Shown piece after piece: positions 1-7,117 of a stretch of DNA of 11,224 nucleotides. Source of the DNA: Candidatus Hydrogenedentota bacterium (GTDB taxonomy: Bacteria > Hydrogenedentota > Hydrogenedentia > Hydrogenedentales > SLHB01); assembly GCA_034408725.1 (NCBI GenBank), contig JAWXCN010000090.1, positions 1-11,224 of the forward strand, in the 5' to 3' direction. The notes below the pieces were generated by a model, which ran no database searches, was not told where the DNA came from, and was given only the letters and a program-made list of their open reading frames with translations. The translations under genes and the position numbers were made by a program. Numbering within the stretch: the first letter of the stretch is position 1; each line of letters opens with the position of its first letter.

Positions 1-263
1 GCGGAAACGCTGCGGATGGTGTACTGTCAAAGGAGTTTCCCCCGCCCGGCATCGTGAACAACTGGGCCGAGTGGCTACGGACGGAGAACGAAGACGATGC
101 GGCACGCATTCGCACCACCACACGCACTGGCCGCCCCTGCGGTGGAAAGCAGTTTCTCGTCCAACTCGAAAACCTTCTTGGGCGGGTTCTACGTCCCAAG
201 AGGCGTGGTAGGAGACCAAAACCCGCATCGGAAAACGACCTTGCAAAAAGGATTAATTCGTAG
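1..263 (+). CDS. REP-associated tyrosine transposase (RAYT / Y1 HUH family), C-terminal part; 5' end lies outside the window
   Basis: The frame is open from base 3 (GNAADGVLSKEFPPPGIVNNWAEWL...) to TAG at 261-263. The tail 'ARIRTTTRTGRPCGGKQFLVQLENLLGRVLRPKRRGRRPK' matches the typical RAYT C-terminus (IR..T.TGRP.G...F...LE..LGR.L.P.KRGRP). The HUH and Tyr catalytic motifs are not in the window. Confidence 0.8.
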   Translation, partial: GNAADGVLSKEFPPPGIVNNWAEWLRTENEDDAARIRTTTRTGRPCGGKQFLVQLENLLGRVLRPKRRGRRPKPASENDLAKRINS

Positions 264-276
264 TCTGTCCCTGAAT
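255..276 (-). repeat. Degenerate inverted copy of the REP-like motif (copy 1), overlapping the transposase stop codon
   Basis: The minus strand reads ATTCAG-GGACAGACT-ACGAAT, keeping the GGGACAG core and a 4-bp ATTC/GAAT stem. RHS homology starts immediately after it. Confidence 0.6.
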
Positions 277-279
277 ATC

Positions 280-1956
280 CATGACTATACGTATGACGAC
301 GGCGATAACGTGCTCACCAAGGTCGAGCCGTTCTTCGATGATTTTAATGACGGCAATACCACGGGTTGGACGGTCAGCGGCACGTGGTCGGCGTCGAACA
401 ACATGCTCGAAAGCACCGGCACGGGCGCGCCATTCCTTTCCAAATCCAATACCGACGCGGACAACGAAGTTTCACTACGTTACCGAATCAACAACACTTC
501 CAATAGCCAGACAAGGGCGTATATTTATCCGCGCTTTACAGACTGGAATAACCATATCTGGGTGCGGATTTTCCCTGGCTCGATTGATATTTACAAAATC
601 GTGGGCGGCACTCCAACGCAACTGGCATCAGCCAGTACTACTTCCACGCAAGATACCTGGTACAACCTGCGCATCGTCAGCGATGGGAACAATGTCGATG
701 TCTACCGCTGGGCCGACGGCGCGATGCCAACCAACGTCGTTTCCACAACAGGCGCAAACTATACGTCAACTAGTGAATTCAAGATAAACGTCCAAACCGG
801 GTTCCTCTACGACTTTGACGATATTCGAGTGCTGGCCGATGGTTTGAGCAACACCACTACATTCGCCGTCAATAACGCGAACGAACTTACCTCGATGACA
901 GACTTCAACGGGACAACCAGCTTCGGATACGATGACTGGGGCCGCATGACCTCGAAATCCCGCGGCTCCCACTCCGCTGCCTACGGCTATCGATATGGCC
1001 AAATGCTGCATTCGGTAACGAGCAATTGGCCTGGCGAGGATAACGCTACCTACCAATTCGGCAGCGATGAGAAGAGACGCGCAAGAACCGTGGGGGGGAA
1101 CACGACAATATACAATTGGGATAGCGCATGGAATATTATTTCCGAAGAAAATGCGACGGGAGGATTGACTAGCCCGTATATATTAAGACGAAACACTCTC
1201 AGTTCACACCTACTAGCGAATATATCGGGATCAAACCCAACCTCCGGTGTAGCAGCATATTCATTTCACGATACGTTATCATCTCCACGCAGTACCCGCG
1301 ATGCGAGCAAAAATTCTATCGGCGAATACGAATATGATCCATATGGAAGCATGTTTTCACAGTCTGGAACAACTCCCGATTTTGGCCTTGCAAGATATTC
1401 ATGGGACGGGACCAGTGCAATGTACTACACCGCATTTCGCAACTACATTCCAACTCTCGGGCGTTGGGCCAGTCGTGATCAACTCTTTCCATTGACAGGC
1501 CCCAATTCGTATGTGTATGTCAATGGGTCTCCGATCAATCACACGGATGTTTTAGGGCTTTTTGAGAACTATGGTTGTCTCGACTGGCAACTTGGCAATG
1601 ATACTCAACCTAACCAAAATGTAATTGCTTCTCTGCGATGTATTAGTTCCCACATTGGCATGTGTTTGACTGTTTCAGGAGGAACGAGTCCTGAAACAGG
1701 TAGTCAGCACGGCGAAAATAGCGAACATAATACAGGCAACGCTGCTGATGTCCATCCTCCTGTGGGTGCAACCGGGGATACGTTCTGGTGTGCCGCGAGC
1801 GATTGTGGATTCACGTTCGGACTTGACGAAGATGATCATTATCATGTGGATTTCGGTCCAGATAGAGGCAAGCCCACTAATCCAGACGGTACCGTAACTA
1901 ATCAAATCCAAACGGCAAATTGCGATCCAGATTGTCCAGCGTATCCTGCGAATTAA
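280..1956 (+). CDS. 5'-truncated RHS-repeat protein (orphan RHS core plus C-terminal toxin) with an M15/LAS-type Zn-peptidase tip
   Basis: YD repeats are present (YTYDDGDN, FGYDDWGRMTS, YEYDPYG). The core end reads 'MYYTAFRNYIPTLGRWASRDQL...NSYVYVNGSPINHTDVLGL' (PxxxxDPxGL-like, ending at 1560). The first ~60 aa of the listed ORF 97..1956 are an off-frame reading of the transposase tail, so no native start is evident and it may be a silent or pseudo cassette. Confidence 0.85.
   Translation, partial: HDYTYDDGDNVLTKVEPFFDDFNDGNTTGWTVSGTWSASNNMLESTGTGAPFLSKSNTDADNEVSLRYRINNTSNSQTRAYIYPRFTDWNNHIWVRIFPGSIDIYKIVGGTPTQLASASTTSTQDTWYNLRIVSDGNNVDVYRWADGAMPTNVVSTTGANYTSTSEFKINVQTGFLYDFDDIRVLADGLSNTTTFAVNNANELTSMTDFNGTTSFGYDDWGRMTSKSRGSHSAAYGYRYGQMLHSVTSNWPGEDNATYQFGSDEKRRARTVGGNTTIYNWDSAWNIISEENATGGLTSPYILRRNTLSSHLLANISGSNPTSGVAAYSFHDTLSSPRSTRDASKNSIGEYEYDPYGSMFSQSGTTPDFGLARYSWDGTSAMYYTAFRNYIPTLGRWASRDQLFPLTGPNSYVYVNGSPINHTDVLGLFENYGCLDWQLGNDTQPNQNVIASLRCISSHIGMCLTVSGGTSPETGSQHGENSEHNTGNAADVHPPVGATGDTFWCAASDCGFTFGLDEDDHYHVDFGPDRGKPTNPDGTVTNQIQTANCDPDCPAYPAN
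1561..1956 (+). other. RHS C-terminal toxin domain: peptidase M15 / Hedgehog-DD-peptidase (LAS) fold, putative peptidoglycan hydrolase
   Basis: 131 aa follow DVLGL. They contain S-x-H-x2-G-x-A-x-D (SEHNTGNAAD, H-x6-D, 1720-1749) and H-x-H (DHYHVDF, 1837-1845), the LAS zinc-ligand signature. Confidence 0.7.
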
Positions 1957-2054
1957 ACTACTGTGTGATTCCGCATAGCTCTGAAGCATTGATGTTATTA
2001 GATTTGACATTTATCGGTTGCTGTTTCTTCTAAAACGAACGGAAAAAATTCTAT

Positions 2055-3020
2055 ATGTTGAGCCTACATCTTGGATTGTCTAGAAGAAAGGTGGCACCTC
2101 TCATTTTCTCCATCTCAACGCTTTTTTCGACAACTAATCTATATGCGAATACGACCGTTGGTGTAATAGAAAAACCCATGTCACTAAATGAAAACTCGCA
2201 AGCACTGTTCAGGCCAATTGCGACTTTTCGTGATGGGAAATGGGATTCGGCGGGCCGCTATGACGGGACGATGACTGGAAAATATGCAGCTCCAAAACCA
2301 GAGGAATCAGAAGCATACTGGGAATTACTAACCTCGCAGCCATTCCATGCCGTGTATGATGCCAATATCAAACTTATGGGGCAGGAAACAGCGGACATTG
2401 AAGGCCCCAACCGCGAGAGAATACGAGCCATCCGTGGGCAAATAGGTGGTAGGTTGAGTCAAGAATATCCTATTGTATTGTGGAATAGAGAATCGGTCAC
2501 TTCAACTCCAGAGCGCAAAACGACGACTCCCTTGGACCAGCAGGTTTTGCAGTTTTGCAAAACAGAAATTCCTAAAATGGAGGATCAGGCGAGTTCCAAA
2601 CCGTCAGGGCGCGGATTCGATTCGGAATTGGCGCAAGGATTTGTCGTAACGCAAGCGATCTCATTTCCTTTTGCACCGGGGCAAACTGCCTACTGGATCA
2701 CTGTGGTCCAAGAGTATTCAGCAACCGATGTCAACGAAAAGCCTCATTGGTCGGCCACCTGCCACGTGATCGCATCTACTGTTAATCAGGGGTCCGATAG
2801 TGAGAATCTCAATATTCTTTGGAGTTCATGTACACTTGATAATGGATACAAAAATGTCGGAGTTTTTTATAAATTTATTGCTGCGCTGGATGTGACTGGC
2901 GACGGAGTGATGGAAGTCATAATGCAAGAACGGTTGTTCGAGCTTTCGCGGTACTACATGTTCGAGGTCAAGAGCGGGAAATATATTGTTGTCGCTGCGG
3001 GTTGTGAACGGGGCATATAG
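2055..3020 (+). CDS. Secreted/periplasmic hypothetical protein, putative immunity protein for the RHS tip
   Basis: 321-aa ORF directly downstream of the toxin, with similar AT-richer composition. It has a Sec-like signal peptide (RRK, hydrophobic stretch, LYA|N) and a C-terminal DVTGDGVMEV Ca-binding-like loop. The immunity role is inferred from position only. Confidence 0.6.
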   Translation: MLSLHLGLSRRKVAPLIFSISTLFSTTNLYANTTVGVIEKPMSLNENSQALFRPIATFRDGKWDSAGRYDGTMTGKYAAPKPEESEAYWELLTSQPFHAVYDANIKLMGQETADIEGPNRERIRAIRGQIGGRLSQEYPIVLWNRESVTSTPERKTTTPLDQQVLQFCKTEIPKMEDQASSKPSGRGFDSELAQGFVVTQAISFPFAPGQTAYWITVVQEYSATDVNEKPHWSATCHVIASTVNQGSDSENLNILWSSCTLDNGYKNVGVFYKFIAALDVTGDGVMEVIMQERLFELSRYYMFEVKSGKYIVVAAGCERGI

Positions 3021-3022
3021 TA

Positions 3023-3047
3023 TCAATAGGGGACAGCCACCTATTGA
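3023..3047 (+). repeat. REP-like stem-loop (copy 2)
   Basis: TCAATAGG-GGACAGCCA-CCTATTGA, a perfect 8-bp stem starting 2 nt after the TAG of 2055..3020. Confidence 0.85.
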
Positions 3048-3084
3048 ATCCCGCAAAAATTTGCACCAAATAAAGACAACGTAT

Positions 3085-3099
3085 GACAGACCCCTATTT
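3085..3099 (+). repeat. Partial REP-like motif (copy 3, loop plus right arm)
   Basis: GACAGACCCCTATTT matches GACAGCCACCTATT at 12/14 positions. RHS homology begins at 3102. Confidence 0.6.
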
Positions 3100-3101
3100 A
3101 G

Positions 3102-3587
3102 CTAACCAGCGTCACGGACGAGATCAGCAAGGTGACGAAGTATTTCTATGACTCGCTTGGGCATATGACCAAGGTCGGCGCGGGCTCTTCGGGAACGACG
3201 GACCCGACGGAGTATTTCTACAGTTCGACCACGGGATTATTGACGAAGGTGCGGTACACATCCGGATCGAATACATACGACGCCGATTACGAATATGATG
3301 GGATTGCGCGCCTGACGAAAATCACCGACTGGATCGACGATACGAATTGGAACGGTTATGTCGATGGGCTGCGTTACGGATATGACGCGGCGGGCCAACT
3401 CACGCGGATCACGGATTACGATGATTCGTATCTAACATACGAGTATGATGACGCTGGTTTGGTGACGTCGATGACCGATTACCACGGCAACGAAACTACG
3501 TACACGGCCGCGAACCGCCTGAGCACGTTGACCGCGCCGGGTTCCCGTGTGTGGGATTATGATTACAACGCTATTGGACAAGCGACA
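3102..3587 (+). pseudogene. Internal RHS/YD-repeat fragment truncated at both ends
   Basis: The frame opens right after TAG 3099-3101 with LTSVTDEISKVTKYFYDSLGHMTKV, followed by YEYDGIARLTKITD, YGYDAAGQLTRITD and YEYDDAGLVTSMTD. YD character stops at YNAIGQAT, where repeat copy 4 begins. The rest of ORF 3132..3713 is read-through. Confidence 0.85.
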
Positions 3588-3590
3588 CCG

Positions 3591-3661
3591 GAAATAGGCG
3601 ACAGCCACCTATTTCTTAACATTCCGGCCCCGCTTCCCGAACGCTTCCACCCATGCCGCGG
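3591..3661 (+). mobile_element. Orphan RAYT-element left end: REP-like stem-loop (copy 4), decayed promoter and first codons (ATG CCG CGG)
   Basis: GAAATAGG-CGACAGCCA-CCTATTTC forms an 8-bp stem (3591-3615). The 71 nt align without gaps to 11120-11190, 56/71 identical by manual count. Confidence 0.75.
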
Positions 3662-3856
3662 ACACGTCACGATGTCCCCGTCGAACCTGCCCGTCGTGAG
3701 GTCCCAGTTCTGATGCTTGCGGCTAATCTCCGTCGCGAAAAACACCCCGTCCGCATCCCGGAAAATCGCCACGTTCCGCGCGAGCCACGAATACTTGCGG
3801 AAACGCAACCCCTCGAACTCCGACACCTTCGCAATCTTGACGTACTTCGATTCCAT
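3644..3856 (-). pseudogene. Rieske [2Fe-2S] ferredoxin (NirD / dioxygenase-ferredoxin-like), inactivated
   Basis: Typical N-terminus (YVKIAKVSEF...VAIFRDADGVFFA) and box 2 (VTCPRHGWK). Box 1 CxH reads R-K-H (CGC at 3721-3719 instead of TGC). The expected C-terminus (F/YD..TG) is replaced by antisense repeat sequence. Confidence 0.8.
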
Positions 3857-3863
3857 GCCGCCA

Positions 3864-3872
3864 ATAGTAACA
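3864..3872 (-). promoter_or_regulatory. Extended -10 promoter (TGTTACTAT), probable leaderless transcript of the Rieske gene
   Basis: TGn-TACTAT ends 7 nt upstream of ATG 3856, and there is no convincing Shine-Dalgarno sequence. Confidence 0.5.
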
Positions 3873-3981
3873 AAAGTTCTACTATGGACGATTGGCCTCG
3901 CCGATTCGCACTTGCGACAAAACGGCGCCTTTGACCGTTTTTGAATAGCGCACTTCGATATTGGGCCTTGGGCCGAACGCC

Positions 3982-6900
3982 TTACGCTTCAATTAGCTCC
4001 GATGCTCGTTTATCGACTTGAGATCCCGCTCCCGGTAGTAGGAAATAAAGGATTGGCAGGAGGAACAAAGTCAACAGCGTACCCGAGACCATCCCTCCAA
4101 CGACGACCGTGGCCAAGGGCCTTTGCACCTCGGCGCCAACTCCCGTTGAGAGCATCATAGGAATGAAACCGACCACGTCGGTGATGGCGGTAGCGAGTAC
4201 GGGCCGCAATCGTTGTTTACCGCCTTCCAAGATGGCTTCTTTTAACCCAAGGCCTTGTCTGAGCATGTCCCGGAACGCTTCGATCATGACTTGTCCATTT
4301 AGCACGGCGATGCCGGCGAGCGCGATAAAGCCCACAGTCGCGCTTACGCTCAAGGGAATGCCGCGGACGTACAACGCGAACACGCCGCCAATGACGGCGC
4401 AGGGAATGCCCGTGTAGATGATCAACACATCGCGCAGGCTACGCATGCTAAGAAACAGCAAAACGAAAACGAGCAGCAGCGTAAGCGGCACGATGATAGC
4501 GAAGCGAAGCTGCGCGCGCTGCAAGTTCTCGAACTGGCCTCCCCAATCGACGATGTAGCCATCCGGTATGTCTACCTGCTCGGCGATGCGGCGTTGCGCT
4601 TCCGCCACAAATGACCCGACGTCCCGGCCGCGCACGTTTGTTTGGACCCGAATCAGCCGGCGCCCCCACTCCCGATTGATCGTTGCTGGACTGTCGACCA
4701 CTGCAATATCGGCGAGTTGCGACAATTCCAGTACAGCGCCCGATTCCATCAGGATAGGGAGCGTTGTCAGCCGCTCCATTTCCTCGCGGTACGCGTCATC
4801 AAGGCGAAGCACCAACGGGAAAACCCGTTGCCCCTCAAACACCGAACCAACTTCGATACCACCCAGTGCGTCTATGCTGCTCAAGACCTCGTCGGACGAC
4901 ACGCCGTGCCGCGAGGTGAGTGTGCGATTCACCTTGACCTGCAACGTAGGCTGACCGGTAATTTGGTCCGTCGATATGTCTTGAGCGCCTTCGATATCAA
5001 GCAACACGCGTTGCACTGCGTCCGATAGCCGCACCAGCTCCTCGAAATCGTCCCCATAGATTTTGATGCCAACGTCGGATCGTATGCCCGCCGCCATTTC
5101 GTTCATTCGCATTTCGATCGGCTGCGTATACGCGATATTGAGGCCGGGAAGGTCGCGAAGCGCCTTTTCAATTTCCACCACCAACTCCGACTGGGTGTGT
5201 ACGCGTTTCCACTGTTCGCGCGGATGGAGCGTCATGAAAATGTCGGTCAATTCGGTCCCCATCGGGTCCGTCGCGACTTCCGCAACGCCAATTCTGCTCC
5301 AGGCATATTTGATCTCGTCCGGGAATTCGTCCAGCAGCAACCGCTCGATACGTGTGTTGTACTCCGTTGAGGTATCAATGGAGACGCCCGCCAGCCGAAT
5401 TACATTCGCCACCAGGGAACCTTCGGCCAGGCGGGGTGTAAATTCGGTCCCGAGACTGGTCGCGAGCCATGCCGAAACGGAAAGCAACGCCGCTGTAACC
5501 GCAAGCACCGGCCAACGCACCCGGAGCGCGATTTTCAACAATCCCGCATAGGCCACCGTAAGCAACTGGGCAATTCCTCGACGCTCCGGGCGTGCGTTCC
5601 GCGGTAGCGCGTAGAAGGACAGGACCGGAGCAAGAAAGAGCGTAATCAACAGGGTAGCGACCAGCGCGAGCATGAAGGTCAATGCCATGGGACGAAACAT
5701 CTTGCCTTCAACACCTTCCAGAGCAAGGATTGGAACAAATACGATTATAGTTATGAATATTCCGAACGTAATGGGCCGAACAATTTCGCGTGTAGACGTA
5801 AGTATTACTTCGAGCCGTTCTTGCCGGGTGAGCAAACGCCCTAAAGCCTGCTGCTTTTCGCGCAAACGCCGCAGATTTACTTCTGTGACGACGACGCCCC
5901 CATCCGCAATCATGCCGAAATCGACGGCGCCAAGACTCAAGAGGCTTGCCGCTATGGCCATCTCGAACATGCCAAGGATCACAAATAACATCGCAAGCGG
6001 AATCGTTAATGCCACAATCAGACCCGCACGCAAATTACCTAACAGGACAAAAAGCACGACGATGACGAACAGCGCCCCAAGCAATAGATTGTTCTTTACG
6101 GTGCCTATGACTTGCGCGATCAACTCGGTGCGGTCGTACACCACGTCCAAAACGATATCGTCTGGTAACGCGTGGGCCGCCAACGCGAGCCGATCACGTA
6201 ATGCCGCGGTGACTTCGTTGCTGTTCTCACCGAGAAGCATGAAGCCCAGCCCCAGAACAACTTCCCCTTGGCCTTGAAAAGTAACTGCCCCGCGACGGAT
6301 TTCCCTATCGAGCCTTACGTCCGCCACGTCTCCAACGCGGATAGGCACGCCCTGATGCGCGCGGATAACGATGTCTTTGATTTCCTGAATCGTGGAAACA
6401 CGACCCAGGCCGTGCACAAGCAATGACTCACCGGATCGGTGCAATTGGCCGCCACCCGCATTGCGGTTGTTGCGTTCAAGCGCTTCCCGCAACTCGCTCA
6501 TCCGCAAACCGTATTTGATTAGAGAATCAGGCGACGCAACCACATGAAACTGTTTTTCATCTCCACCCCACGAGTTCACTTCGGCCACACCCGGCACTTT
6601 GAGCAACTCGGGTTTCACGACCCAATCATGAAGTTCGCGAATCTCCGCGAGTGTCCGGGTTGGGCTGTCCGACCGCAGCACATAGTGGAGGACTTCACCC
6701 AGGCCGGTGGCTATCGGGCCCAATTGCGGGCGGCTGATTCCTGCCGCTAGTTCGACGGTATTAAGGCGCTCGGAAATGAACTGGCGAGCGTCGTATACAC
6801 TCACCCCATCATGGAAAACGGCCACTACCTGTCCGAAGCCAAATTTGGATACGGAGCGTACTTCATCCAGTCCCGGCAGCCCGGAAATCGCCAACTCGAT

Positions 6901-7104
6901 AGGATGCACGGTCTGCTGTTCGATCTCCGCGGCGTTAAGAACTGGGGCCGTGATGTTGATCTGCACTTGGATGGGCGAAGTGTCCGGAAAAGCGTCAATG
7001 GGCAATTGGAACAGACGCCACGCACCCATGCCCGCCGCGAGGGCGAACAACAGGACCATCAACAAGCGATTTCGGAGCGCGAATTCAACAGATTTTTCGA
7101 GCAT
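3982..7104 (-). CDS. czcA: CusA/CzcA-family heavy-metal efflux RND permease
   Basis: 1040 aa. Motifs include LPIDAFPD, GPIATGLGE, VAEVNSWGG, TM4 'SLGAVDFGMIADGGVVVTE', EGKMFRPMA, RLRPVL and GAEVQRPLATVVVGG. The DFG-type TM4 points to the CzcA-like (divalent metal) group; the metal is not determined. Confidence 0.95.
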   Translation of the reverse strand: MLEKSVEFALRNRLLMVLLFALAAGMGAWRLFQLPIDAFPDTSPIQVQINITAPVLNAAEIEQQTVHPIELAISGLPGLDEVRSVSKFGFGQVVAVFHDGVSVYDARQFISERLNTVELAAGISRPQLGPIATGLGEVLHYVLRSDSPTRTLAEIRELHDWVVKPELLKVPGVAEVNSWGGDEKQFHVVASPDSLIKYGLRMSELREALERNNRNAGGGQLHRSGESLLVHGLGRVSTIQEIKDIVIRAHQGVPIRVGDVADVRLDREIRRGAVTFQGQGEVVLGLGFMLLGENSNEVTAALRDRLALAAHALPDDIVLDVVYDRTELIAQVIGTVKNNLLLGALFVIVVLFVLLGNLRAGLIVALTIPLAMLFVILGMFEMAIAASLLSLGAVDFGMIADGGVVVTEVNLRRLREKQQALGRLLTRQERLEVILTSTREIVRPITFGIFITIIVFVPILALEGVEGKMFRPMALTFMLALVATLLITLFLAPVLSFYALPRNARPERRGIAQLLTVAYAGLLKIALRVRWPVLAVTAALLSVSAWLATSLGTEFTPRLAEGSLVANVIRLAGVSIDTSTEYNTRIERLLLDEFPDEIKYAWSRIGVAEVATDPMGTELTDIFMTLHPREQWKRVHTQSELVVEIEKALRDLPGLNIAYTQPIEMRMNEMAAGIRSDVGIKIYGDDFEELVRLSDAVQRVLLDIEGAQDISTDQITGQPTLQVKVNRTLTSRHGVSSDEVLSSIDALGGIEVGSVFEGQRVFPLVLRLDDAYREEMERLTTLPILMESGAVLELSQLADIAVVDSPATINREWGRRLIRVQTNVRGRDVGSFVAEAQRRIAEQVDIPDGYIVDWGGQFENLQRAQLRFAIIVPLTLLLVFVLLFLSMRSLRDVLIIYTGIPCAVIGGVFALYVRGIPLSVSATVGFIALAGIAVLNGQVMIEAFRDMLRQGLGLKEAILEGGKQRLRPVLATAITDVVGFIPMMLSTGVGAEVQRPLATVVVGGMVSGTLLTLFLLPILYFLLPGAGSQVDKRASELIEA

Positions 7105-7117
7105 GCAAAGTCTACTG

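Noticed and set aside
97-279. N-terminal ~60 aa of ORF 97..1956 as a real RHS N-terminus
   Set aside because: It overlaps the transposase tail in another frame and has no RHS character; homology starts only after the repeat.
2004-2036. TTGACA promoter for the immunity gene
   Set aside because: The -35 is perfect but no acceptable -10 lies at 16-18 nt spacing.
3023-3047. Hairpins as simple intrinsic terminators
   Set aside because: They have AT-rich stems, a conserved loop and no proper U-tract, and copies occur at mid-gene breakpoints and upstream of a promoter.
3023-3615. CRISPR array or integron attC array interpretation of the repeats
   Set aside because: Spacing is highly irregular (tens of nt to 7.5 kb), there is no cas gene or tyrosine-recombinase integrase, and there are no RYYYAAC/GTTRRRY ends.
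3653-3944. ORFs 3653..3934, 3667..3873 and 3717..3944
   Set aside because: They are shadows of the Rieske gene; only the first three codons of 3653 (MPR) appear to be a transposase relic.
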